From the NCBI RefSeq assembly GCF_036321535.1, contig NC_087436.1, positions 2,728,001 through 2,792,000 on the forward strand: a stretch of 64,000 nucleotides of DNA, written 5' to 3'. The position numbers and the translations under genes are program-made. This DNA comes from Camelus dromedarius. Taxonomy: Eukaryota. Shown piece after piece: positions 37,401-50,020 of the stretch (position 1 is the first letter of the stretch; every line of letters starts with the position of its first letter). The notes under the pieces were generated by a model, which did not search any database, was not told the origin of the DNA, and worked only from the letters and a program-made list of their open reading frames with translations.

Positions 37401-40400
37401 CCGGTTTCATGTTCCTGCAGTTTTCACTGTAAAACCGAGTTGGAGCTATTACCTCCCCATATATGTATGGAGTGGGGTTTGCAACTGAAAAGAAACTTTG
37501 TGTTCCCAACAAGCTATTTAAAGTACGGCTTTCAAACACACTTATCTCTCAGAACTGAGCTTGTGGAGAGACTTTCGTTCATCTAGCACAAAGGGAAAGG
37601 TTTGCAGGAGAAACTTTTTCTCTGGTTTCTCAGTCTGTTTCCTTGTGCCGGTTTGAAGATCCTGCAGTTTTCACTGTAAAATCGAGTTGGGGCTAGTACC
37701 TCCCATATATATGTATGGAGTGGAGTTTGCAACTGAAAAGAAACTTTGTGTTCCCAACAAGCTAGGTGAAGGACGGCTTTCACACACACATATCTCTCAG
37801 AACTGAGCATGTAGAGAGACGTTCGTTCATCTAGCACAAAGTTAACAGGTTGCAGGAGCCACTTTTACTCATTTTTCTCAGTCTGTTTCCTAGTGCCGGT
37901 TTGAAGTTCCTGCAGTTTTCACTGTAAAACCGAGTTGGGGCTAGTACCTCTCCATACTTATGTATGGATTGGAGTTTGCAACTGAAAAGATACTTTGTGT
38001 TCTAAACAAGCTAGGTGAAGGACGTCTTTCACACACAATTATCTCTCAGAACTGAGCATGTTGAGAGACATTCGTTCATCTAGAACAAAGGGAACGGGTT
38101 GCATTAGAAACTTTTAGTCTGGTTTCTCAGTCTGTTTCCTAGTGCCGGTTTGAAGTTCCAGCAGTATTCACTGTAAAACCGAGTTGGAGCTAGTACCTAC
38201 CCATATATATGTATGGAGTGGAATTTGCAACTGAAAAGAAACTTTGTGTTCCCAACACATAGGTGAAGGAAGGATTTCACACACACTTATCTCTCAGAAC
38301 TGAGCATGTGGAGAGACGTTCGTTCATCTAGCACAAAGGGAACGGGTTGCAGGGGAAATTTTTTCTCTGGTTTCTCAGTCTTTTTCCTAGTGCCGGTTTG
38401 AAGTTCCTGCAATTTTCACTGTAAAACCGAGTTGGAGCTAGTACCTACCCATATATATGTATGGAGTGGAGTTTGCAACTGAAAAGAATCTTTGTGTTCC
38501 GAACAAGCTAGGTGAAGGAAGGCTTTCACACACACTTATCTCTCAGAACTGAGCATGTGGAGAGAAGTTCGTTCATCTAGCACAAATGGAACGGGTTGCA
38601 GGAGAAACTTTTACTCTGGTTTCTCAGTCTGTTTTTTAGTGCCGGTTGGAAGATCCTGCAGTTTTCACTGTAAAACCGAGTTGGAGCTAGAAACTCCCCA
38701 TATATATGTATGGAGTGGTGTTTGGAACTGAAAAGAATCTTTGTGTTTCCAACAAGCTAGGTGAAGGACGGCTTTCACACACACTTATCTCTCATAACTG
38801 AGCATGTGGAGAGACGTTCGTTCATCTAGCACAAATGGAACGGGTTGCAGGAGAAACATTTTCTCTGGTTTCTCAGTCTGTTTCCTAGTGCCGATTTGGA
38901 GTTCCTGCAGTTTTCACTGTAAAACCGAGTTGGATCTAGTACATCCCCATATATATGTATGGATAGGAGTTTGCAACTGGTAAGAAACTATGTGTTCCCA
39001 ACAAGTTAGGTGAAGGACGGCTTTCACACACACTTATCTCTCAGAACTGAGCATGTGGAGAGACGTTCGTTCATCTAGCACAAAGGGAACGGTTTGCAGG
39101 GGAAACATTTACTCAGGTTTCTCAGTCTGTTTCCTAGTGCCGGTTTGAAGTTCCTGCAGTATTCACTGTAAAATCGAGTTGGAGCTAGTACATCCCCATA
39201 TATATGTATGGAGTGGAGTTTGCAAGTGAATTGAAACTTTGAGTTCCCAACAAGCTAGGTGAAGTATGGCTTTCACACACACTTATCTCTCAGAACTGAG
39301 CATGTGGAGAGACGTTCGTTCAACTAGCACAAAGGGAACAGGTTGAAGGGAAATTTTTCTCTGGTTTCTCAATCTGTTTCCTGTTGCCGGTTAAAAGTTC
39401 CTGCAGTTTTCACTGTAAAACCGAGTTGGAGCTAGTACCTCCCCATATAAATGTATGGAGTGGAGTTTGCAACTGAAAAGAAACTTTGTGTTCCCAACAA
39501 GCTATTTAAAGTAAGGCTTTCAAACACACTTATCTCTCAGAACTGAGCTTGTGGAGAGACGTTCGTTCATCTAGCACAAAGGGATAGGGTTGCAGGAGAA
39601 ACTTTTTCTCTGGTTTCTCAGTCTGTTTCCTAGTTCCGGTTTGAAGATCCTGCAGTTTTCACTGTAAAATCGAGTTGGGGCTAGTACCACCCCATATATA
39701 TGTATGGAGTTGAATTTGCAACTGAAAAGGAACTTTGTGTTCCCAACAAGCTAGGTGAAGGACGGCTTTCTCACACACTTATCTCTCAGAACTGAGCATG
39801 TAGAGAGACGTTCGTTCATCTAGCAGAAAGTTAACAGGTTGCAGGAGCCACTTTTACTCATTTTTCTCAGTCTGTTTCCTAGTGCCGGTTTGAAGTTCCT
39901 GCAGTTTTCACTGTAAAACCGATTTGGGGCTAGTACCTCCCCATACTTATGTATGGATTGGAGTTTGCAACTGAAAAGATACTTTGTGTTCTAAACAAGC
40001 TAGGTGAAGGACGTCTTTCACACACAATTATCTCTCAGAACTGAGCATGTTGAGAGACATTCGTTCATCTAGAACAAAGGGAACGGGTTGCATTAGAAAC
40101 TTTTACTCTGGTTTCTCAGTCTGTTTCCTAGTGCCGGTTTGAAGTTCCAGCAGTATTCACTGTAAAACCGAGTTGGAGCTAGTACCTACCCATATATATG
40201 TATGGAGTGGAATTTGCAACTGAAAAGAAACTTTGTGTTCCCAACACATAGGTGAAGGAAGGCTTTCACACACACTTATCTCTCAGAACTGAGCATGTGG
40301 AGAGACGTTCGTTCATCTAGCACAAAGGGAACGGGTTGCAGGGGAAATTTTTTCTCTGGTTTCTCAGTCTTTTTCCTAGTGCCGGTTTGAAGTTCCTGCA

Positions 40401-43400
40401 ATTTTCACTGTAAAACCGAGTTGGAGCTAGTACCTACCCATATATATGTATGGAGTGGAGTTTGCAACTGAAAAGAATCTTTGTGTTCCGAACAAGCTAG
40501 GTGAAGGAAGGCTTTCACACACACTTATCTCTCAGAACTGAGCATGTGGAGAGAAGTTCGTTCATCTAGCACAAATGGAACGGGTTGCAGGAGAAACTTT
40601 TACTCTGGTTTCTCAGTCTGTTTTCTAGTGCCGGTTGGAAGATCCTGCAGTTTTCACTGTAAAACCGAGTTGGAGCTAGAAACTCCCCATATATATGTAT
40701 GGAGTGGTGTTTGGAACTGAAAAGAATCTTTGTGTTCCCAACAAGCTAGGTGAAGGACGGCTTTCACACACACTTATCTCTCATAACTGAGCATGTGGAG
40801 AGAAGTTCGTTCATCTAGCACAAATGGAACGGGTTGCAGGAGAAACATTTTCTCTGGTTTCTCAGTCTGTTTCCTAGTGCCGATTTGGAGTTCCTGCAGT
40901 TTTCACTGTAAAACCGAGTTGGATCTAGTACATCCCCATATATATGTATGGATAGGAGTTTGCAACTGGAAAGAAACTATGTGTTCCCAACAAGGTAGGT
41001 GAAGGACGGCTTTCACACACACTTATCTCTCAGAACTGAGCATGTGGAGAGACGTTCGTTCATCTAGCACAAAGGGAACGGTTTGCAGGGGAAACATTTA
41101 CTCAGGTTTCACAGTCTGTTTCCTAATGCCGGTTTGAAGTTCCTGCAGTATTCACTGTAAAATCGAGTTGGAGCTAGTACATCCCCATATATATGTATGG
41201 AGTGGAGTTTGCAAGTGAATTGAAACTTTGAGTTCCCAACAAGCTAGGTGAAGTATGGCTTTCACACACACTTATCTCTCAGAACTGAGCATGTTGAGAG
41301 ACGTTCGTTCAACTAGCACAAAGGGAACAGGTTGAAAGGAAATTTTTCTCTGGTTTCTCAATCTGTTTCCTGTTGCCGGTTAAAAGTTCCTGCAGTTTTC
41401 ACTGTAAAACCGAGTTGGAGCTAGTACCTACCCATATATATGTATGGATTGGAGTTTGCAACTGAAAAGAATCTTTGTGTTCCCAACAAGCTAGGTGAAG
41501 GAAGGCTTTCACACACACTTATCTCTCAAAACTGAGCATGTGGAGAGAAGTTCGTTCATCTAGCACAAAGGGAACGGGTTGCAGGAGAAACTTTTACTCT
41601 GGTTTCTCAGTCTGTTTCCTAGTGCCGGTTGGAAGATACTGCAGTTTTCACTGTAAAACCGAGTTGGAGCTAGAAACTCCCCATATATATGTATGGAGTG
41701 GTGTTTGGAACTGATAAGAATCTTTGTGTTCCCAACAAGCTAGGTGAAGGACGGCTTTCACTCACACTTATCTCTCATAACTGAGCATGTGGAGAGAAGT
41801 TCGTTCATCTAGCACAAATGGAACGGGTTGCAGGAGAAATTTTTTTTTCTCTGGTTTCTCAGTCTGTTTCCTACTGCCGATTTCGAGTTGCTGCAGTTTT
41901 CACTGTAAAACCGAGTTGGATCTAGTACATCCCCATATATATGTATGGATAGGAGTTTGCAACTGGAAAGAATCTATGTGTTCCCAACAAGCTAGGTGAA
42001 GGGCGGCTTTCACACACACTTATCTCTCAGAACTGAGCATGTGGAGAGAAGTTCGTTCATCTAGCACAAAGGGAACGGGTTGCAGGAGAAACTTTTCCTC
42101 TGGTTTCTCAGTCTGTTTCCTAGTGCCGGTTTGAAGTTCCTGCAATTTTCACTGTAAAACAGAGTTGGAGCTAGAACCTACCCATATATATGTATGGAGT
42201 GGAGTTTGCAACTGAAAAGAATTTTTGTGTTCCCAACAAGCTAGGTGAAGGAAGGCTTTCACACACACTTATCTCTCAGAACTGAGCATGTGGAGAGAAG
42301 TTCGTTCATCTAGCACAAAGGGAACGGGTTTCAGGAGAAACTTTTACTCTGGTTTCTCAGTCTGTTTCCTAGTGCCGGTATGAAGTTCCTGCATATTTCA
42401 CTGTAAAAACAAGTTGGAGCTAGTACCTCCCCATATATATGTATGGGGTGGAGTTTGCAACTGAAAAGAATCTTTGTGTTCCCAACAAGCAAGTTGAAGG
42501 ACGGCTTTCACACACAATTTTCTCTCAGAACTGAGCATGTGGAGAGACGTTCGTTCAACTAGCACAAAGGGAACGGGTAGCAGGAGAAACTATTACTCTG
42601 GTTTCTCAGACTGTTTCCCAGTGCCGGTTTGAAGTATCTGCAGTTTTCACTTTAAAACCGAGTTGGAGCTCGTACCTCCCCATATATATGTATGGAGTGG
42701 AGTTTGCAACTGAAAAGAAACTTTGTGTTCCCAACAAGCTAGGTGAAGGACGGCTTTCACACACACTTATCTCTCAGAACTGAGCATGTGGTGAGACGTT
42801 CGTTCATCTAGCACAAAGGGAACGGGTTGCAGGAGAAACTTTTACTGATTTTTCTCAGTCTGTTTCCTAGTGCAGGTTTGAAGTTCCTGCAGTTTTCACT
42901 GTAAAACCGAGTTGGAGCTAGTACCTCCCCTTATATATGTATGGAGTGGAATTTTCAACTGAAAAGAAACTTTGTGTTCCCAACACCTAGGTGTAGGAAG
43001 GCTTTCACACACACTTATCTCTCAGAACTGAGCATGTGGAGAGACGTTCGTTCATCTAGCACAAAGGGAACGGGATGCAGGAGAAACTATTTCTCTGGTT
43101 TCTCAGTCTGTTTCCTAGTGCCGGTTTGAATTTCCTGCAATTTTCACTGTAAAACCGAGTTGGAGCTAGTACCTACCCATATATATGTATGGAGTTTAGT
43201 TTGCAACTGAAAAGAATCTTTGTGTTCCCAACAAGCTAGGTGAAAGACGGCTTTCACACACACTTATCTCTCAGAACTGAGGATGTGGAGAGAAGTTCGT
43301 TCATCTAGCACAAAGGGAACGGGTTGCAGGAGAAACTTTTACCCTGGTTTCTCAGTCTGTTTCCTAGTGCCGGTTTGAATTTCCTGCAGTTTTCACTGTA

Positions 43401-46400
43401 AAACCGGGTTGGAGCAAGAAAATCCCCATATATTTGTATGGAGTGTAGTTTTGAACTGAAAAGAAACTTTGTGTTCCCAACAAGCTAGGTGAAGGACGGC
43501 TTTCACACACACTTATCTCTCAGAACAGAGCATGTTGAGAGACGTTCGTTCATCTAGAACAAAGGGAACGGGTTGGATTAGAATCTTTTACTCTGGTTTC
43601 TCAGTCTGTTTCCTAGTGCCGGTTTGAAGTTCCTCCAGTTTTCACTGTAAAACCTAGTTGGAGCTAGTACCTCCCCATATATATGTATGGAGTGGAATTT
43701 TCTACTGAAAAGAAACTTTGTGTTCCCAACACCTAGGTGTAGGAAGGCTTTCACACACACTTATCTCTCAGAACTGAGCATGTGGAGAGACGTTCGTTCA
43801 TGTAGCACAAAGGGAACGGGTTGCCAGAGAAAATTTTTCTCTGGTTTCTCAGTCTGTTTCCTAGTGCCGGTTTGAAATTCCTGCAATTTTCACTGTAAAA
43901 TCGAGTTGGAGCTAGTACCTACCCATATATATGTACGGAGTGGAGTTTGCAACTGAAAAGAATCTTTGTGTTCCCAACAAGCTAGGTGAAGGACGGCTTT
44001 CACACACACTTATCTCTCTGAACTGAGCATGTGGAGAGAAGTTCGTTCATCTAGCACAAAGGGAACGGGTTGCAGGAGAATATTTTACTCTGGTTTCTCA
44101 GTCTGTTTCCTAGTGCCGGTTTGAAGTTCCTGCAGTTTTCACTGTAAAACCGAGTTGGAGCTAGTACCTCCCCATATATATGTATGGAGTTTGGTTTGCA
44201 ACTGAAAAGAAACTTTGTGTTCCCAACAAGCTATTTAAAGTATGGCTTTCAAACACACTTATCTCTCAGAACTGAGCTTGTGGAGAGACGTTCGTTCATC
44301 TAGCACAAAGGGAACGGTTTGCAGGAGAATCTTTTACTCTGGTTTCTCAGTCTGTTTCCTAGTGCCGGTTTGAAGTTCCTGCAGTTTTCACTGTAAAACC
44401 GAGTTGGGGCTAGTACCTCTCCATACTTATGTATGGATTGGAGTTTGCAACTGAAAAGATACTTTGTGTTCTAAACAAGCTAGGTGAAGGACGTCTTTCA
44501 CACACAATTATCTCTCAGATCTGAGCATGTTGAGAGACATTCGTTCATCTAGAACAAAGGGAACGGGTTGCATTAGAAACTTTTACTCTGGTTTCTCAGT
44601 CTTTTTCCTAGTGCCGGTTTGAAGTTCCTGCAATTTTCACTGTAAAACCGAGTTGGAGCTAGTACCTACCCATATATATGTATGGAGTGGAGTTTGCAAC
44701 TGAAAAGAATCTTTGTGTTCCGAACAAGCTAGGTGAAGGAAGGCTTTCACACACACTTATCTCTCAGAACTGAGCATGTGGAGAGAAGTTCGTTCATCTA
44801 GCACAAATGGAACGGGTTGCAGTAGAAACTTTTACTCTGGTTTCTCAGTCTGTTTTCTAGTGCCGGTTGGAAGATCCTGCAGTTTTCACTGTAAAACCGA
44901 GTTGGAGCTAGAAACTCCCCATATATATGTATGGAGTGGTGTTTGGAACTGAAAAGAATCTTTGTGTTCCCAACAAGCTAGGTGAAGGACGGCTTTCACA
45001 CACACTTACCTCTCATAACTGAGCATGTGGAGAGACGTTCGTTCATCTAGCACAAATGGAACGGGTTGCAGGAGAAACATTTTCTCTGGTTTCTCAGTCT
45101 GTTTCCTAGTGCCGATTTGGAGTTCCTGCAGTTTTCACTGTAAAACCGAGTTGGATCTAGTACATCCCCATATATATGTATGGATAGGAGTTTGCAACTG
45201 GAAAGAAACTATGTGTTCCCAACAAGTTAGGTGAAGGACGGCTTTCACACACAATTATCTCTCAGAACTGAGCATGTGGAGAGACGTTCGTTCATCTAGC
45301 ACAAAGGGAACGGTTTGCAGGGGAAACATTTACTCAGGTTTCTCAGTCTGTTTCCTAGTGCCGGTTTGAAGTTCCTGCAGTATTCACTGTAAAATCGAGT
45401 TGGAGCTAGTACATACCCATATATATGTATGGAGTGGAGTTTGCAAGTGAATTGAAACTTTGAGTTCCCAACAAGCTAGGTGAAGTATGGCTTTCACACA
45501 CACTTATCTCTCAGAACTGAGCATGTGGAGAGACGTTCGTTCAACTAGCACAAAGGGAACAGGTTGAAGGGAAATTTTTCTCTGGTTTCTCAATCTGTTT
45601 CCTGTTGCCGGTTAAAAGTTCCTGCAGTTTTCACTGTAAAACCGAGTTGGAGCTAGTACCTCCCCATATAAATGTATGGAGTGGAGTTTGCAACTGAAAA
45701 GAAACTTTGTGTTCCCAACAAGCTATTTAAAGTAAGGCTTTCAAACACACTTATCTCTCAGAACTGAGCTTGTGGAGAGACGTTCGTTCATCTAGCACAA
45801 AGGGATAGGGTTGCAGGAGAAACTTTTTCTCTGGTTTCTCAGTCTGTTTCCTAGTGCCGGTTTGAAGATCCTGCAGTTTTCACTGTAAAATCGAGTTGGG
45901 GCTAGTACCACCCCATATATATGTATGGAGTTGAATTTGCAACTGAAAAGGAACTTTGTGTTCCCAACAAGCTAGGTGAAGGACGGCTTTCTCACACACT
46001 TATCTCTCAGAACTGAGCATGTTGAGAGACGTTCGTTCATCTAGAACAAAGGGAACGTGTTGCATTAGAAACTTTTACTCTGGTTTCTCAGTCTGTTTAG
46101 TAGTGCCGGTTTGAAGTTCCTGCAGTTTTCACTGTAAAACCGATTTGTAGCTAGTACCTCCCATATATACGTATGGAGTGGAGTTTGCAACTGAAAAGAA
46201 ACTTTGTGTTCCCAACAAGCTAGGCGAAGGACGGCTTTCACACACACATATCTCTCAGAACTGAGCATCTAGAGAGACGTTCGTTCATCTAGCACAAAGT
46301 TAACAGGTTGCAGGAGCCACTTTTACTCATTTTTCTCAGTCTGTTTCCTAGTGCCGGTTTGAAGTTCCTGCAGTTTTCACTGTAAAACCGAGTTGGGGCT

Positions 46401-49124
46401 AGTACCTCCCCATACTTATGTATGGATTGGAGTTTGCAACTGAAAAGATACTTTGTGTTCTAAACAAGCTAGGTGAAGGACGTCTTTCACACACAATTAT
46501 CTCTCAGAACTGAGCATGTTGAGAGACATTCGTTCATCTAGAACAAAGGGAACGGGTTGCATTAGAAACTTTTACTCTGGTTTCTCAGTCTGTTTCCTAG
46601 TGCCGGTTTGAAGTTCCAGCAGTATTCACTGTAAAACCGAGTTGGAGCTAGTACCTACCCATATATATGTATGGAGTGGAATTTGCAACTGAAAAGAAAC
46701 TTTGTGTTCCCAACACATAGGTGAAGGAAGGCTTTCACACACACTTATCTCTCAGAACTGAGCATGTGGAGAGACGTTCGTTCATCTAGCACAAAGGGAA
46801 CGGGTTGCAGGGGAAATTTTTTCTCTGGTTTCTCAGTCTGTTTTCTAGTGCCGGTTGGAAGATCCTGCAGTTTTCACTGTAAAACCGAGTTGGAGCTAGA
46901 AACTCCCCATATATATGTATGGAGTGGTGTTTGGAACTGAAAAGAATCTTTGTGTTCCCAACAAGCTAGGTGAAGGACGGCTTTCACACACACTTATCTC
47001 TCATAACTGAGCATGTGGAGAGACGTTCGTTCATCTAGCACAAATGGAACGGGTTGCAGGAGAAACATTTTCTCTGGTTTCTCAGTCTGTTTCCTAGTGC
47101 CGATTTGGAGTTCCTGCAGTTTTCACTGTAAAACCGAGTTGGATCTAGTACATCCCCATATATATGTATGGATAGGAGTTTGCAACTGGAAAAAAACTAT
47201 GTGTTCCCAACAAGTTAGGTGAAGGACGGCTTTCACACACACTTATCTCTCAGAACTGAGCATGTGGAGAGACGTTCGTTCATCTAGCACAAAGGGAACG
47301 GTTTGCAGGGGAAATATTTACTCAGGTTTCTCAGTCTGTTTCCTAGTGCCGGTTTGAAGTTCCTGCAGTATTCACTGTAAAATCGAGTTGGAGCTAGTAC
47401 ATCCCCATATATATGTATGGAGTGGAGTTTGCAAGTGAATTGAAACTTTGAGTTCCCAACAAGCTAGGTGAAGTATGGCTTTCACACACACTTATCTCTC
47501 AGAACTGAGCATGTGGAGAGACGTTCGTTCAACTAGCACAAAGGGAACAGGTTGAAGGGAAATTTTTCTCTGGTTTCTCAATCTGTTTCCTGTTGCCGGT
47601 TAAAAGTTCCTGCAGTTTTCACTGTAAAACCGAGTTGGAGCTAGTACCTCCCCATATAAATGTATGGAGTGGAGTTTGCAACTGAAAAGAAACTTTGTGT
47701 TCCCAACAAGCTATTTAAAGTAAGGCTTTCAAACACACTTATCTCTCAGAACTGAGCTTGTGGAGAGACGTTCGTTCATCTAGCACAAAGGGATAGGGTT
47801 GCAGGAGAAACTTTTTCTCTGGTTTCTCAGTCTGTTTCCTAGTGCCGGTTTGAAGATCCTGCAGTTTTCACTGTAAAATCGAGTTGGGGCTAGTACCACC
47901 CCATATATATGTATGGAGTTGAATTTGCAACTGAAAAGGAACTTTGTGTTCCCAACAAGCTAGGTGAAGGACGGCTTTCTCACACACTTATCTCTCAGAA
48001 CTGAGCATGTTGAGAGACGTTCGTTCATCTAGAACAAAGGGAACGTGTTGCATTAGAAACTTTTACTCTGGTTTCTCAGTCTGTTTAGTAGTGCCGGTTT
48101 GAAGTTCCTGCAGTTTTCACTGTAAAACCGAGTTGGAGCTAGTACCTCCCATATATACGTATGGAGTGGAGTTTGCAACTGAAAAGAAACTTTGTGTTCC
48201 CAACAAGCTAGGCGAAGGACGGCTTTCACACACACATATCTCTCAGAACTGAGCATGTAGAGAGACGTTCGTTCATCTAGCACAAAGTTAACAGGTTGCA
48301 GGAGCCACTTTTACTCATTTTTCTCAGTCTGTTTCCTAGTGCCGGTTTGAAGTTCCTGCAGTTTTCACTGTAAAACCGAGTTGGGGCTTGTACCTCCCCA
48401 TACATATGTATGGATTGGAGTTTGCAACTGAAAAGAAACTTTGTGTTCTAAACAAGCTAGGTGAAGGACGGCTTTCACACACAATTATCTCTCAGAACTG
48501 AGCATGTGGAGAGAAGTTCGTTCATCTAGCACAAAGGGAACGGGTTGCAGGAGAAACTTTTACTGATTTTTCTCAGTCTGTTTCCTAGTGCAGGTTTGAA
48601 GTTCCTGCAGTTTTCACTGTAAAACCGAGTTGGAGCTAGTACCTCCCCTTATATATGTATGGAGTGGAATTTTCAACTGAAAAGAAACTTTGTGTTCCCA
48701 ACACCTAGGTGTAGGAAGGCTTTCACACACACTTATCTCTCAGAACTGAGCATGTGGAGAGACGTTCGTTCATCTAGCACAAAGGGAACGGGATGCAGGA
48801 GAAACTATTTCTCTGGTTTCTCAGTCTGTTTCCTAGTGCCGGTTTGAATTTCCTGCAATTTTCACTGTAAAACCGAGTTGGAGCTTGTACCTACCCATAT
48901 ATATGTATGGAGTGGAGTTTGCAACTGAAAAGAATCTTTGTGTTCCCAACAAGCTAGGTGAAAGACGGCTTTCACACACACTTATCTCTCAGAACTGAGG
49001 ATGTGGAGAGAAGTTCGTTCATCTAGCACAAAGGGAACGGGTTGCAGGAGAAACTTTTACCCTGGTTTCTCAGTCTGTTTCCTAGTGCCGGTTTGAATTT
49101 CCTGCAGTTTTCACTGTAAAACCG
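34457..49124. repeat. Copy 2 of the large tandem duplication (59 monomers, ~14.67 kb)
   Basis: Same order of variant monomers as 20011-34456, plus one extra monomer at 38286-38534. The match to copy 1 ends at 49124 (aaaccgGgttgg here versus aaaccgAgttggtg at 34457). Confidence 0.93.
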
Positions 49125-50020
49125 GGTTGGAGCAAGAAAATCCCCATATATATGTATGGAGTGTAGTTTTGAACTGAAAAGAAACTTTGTGTTCCCAACA
49201 AGCTAGGTGAAGGACGGCTTTCACACACACTTATCTCTCAGAACAGAGCATGTTGAGAGACGTTCGTTCATCTAGAACAAAGGGAACGGGTTGCATTAGA
49301 ATCTTTTACTCTGGTTTCTCAGTCTGTTTCCTAGTGCCGGTTTGAAGTTCCTCCAGTTTTCACTGTAAAACCGAGTTGGAGCTAGTACCTCCCCATATAT
49401 ATGTATGGAGTGGAATTTTCTACTGAAAAGAAACTTTGTGTTCCCAACACCTAGTTGTAGGAAGGCTTTCACACACACTTATCTCTCAGAACTGAGCATG
49501 TGGAGAGACGTTCGTTCATGTAGCACAAAGGGAACGGGTTGCAAGAGAAAATTTTTCTCTGGTTTCTCAGTCTGTTTCCTAGTGCCGGTTTGAAATTCCT
49601 GCAATTTTCACTGTAAAATCGAGTTGGAGCTAGTACCTACCCATATATATGTACGGAGTGGAGTTTGCAACTGAAAAGAATCTTTGTGTTCCCAACAAGC
49701 TAGGTGAAGGACGGCTTTCACACACACTTATCTCTCTGAACTGAGCATGTGGAGAAAAGTTCGTTCATCTAGCACAAAGGGAACGGGTTGCAGGAGAATC
49801 TTTTACTCTGGTTTCTCAGTCTGTTTCCTAGTGCCGGTTTGAAGTTCCTGCAGTTTTCACTGTAAAACCGAGTTGGAGCTAGTACCTCCCCATATATATG
49901 TATGGAGTTTGGTTTGCAACTGAAAAGAAACTTTGTGTTCCCAACAAGCTATTTAAAGTATGGCTTTCAAACACACTTATCTCTCAGAACTGAGCTTGTG
50001 GAGAGACGTTCGTTCATCTA
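48500..50020. repeat. Copy of ~42780-44300 (offset 5718 bp = 23 monomers)
   Basis: ORF pairs 42941/48659, 43578/49296 and 43687/49405 are all 5718 bp apart, as is 28273/33991 in copy 1. Confidence 0.85.
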
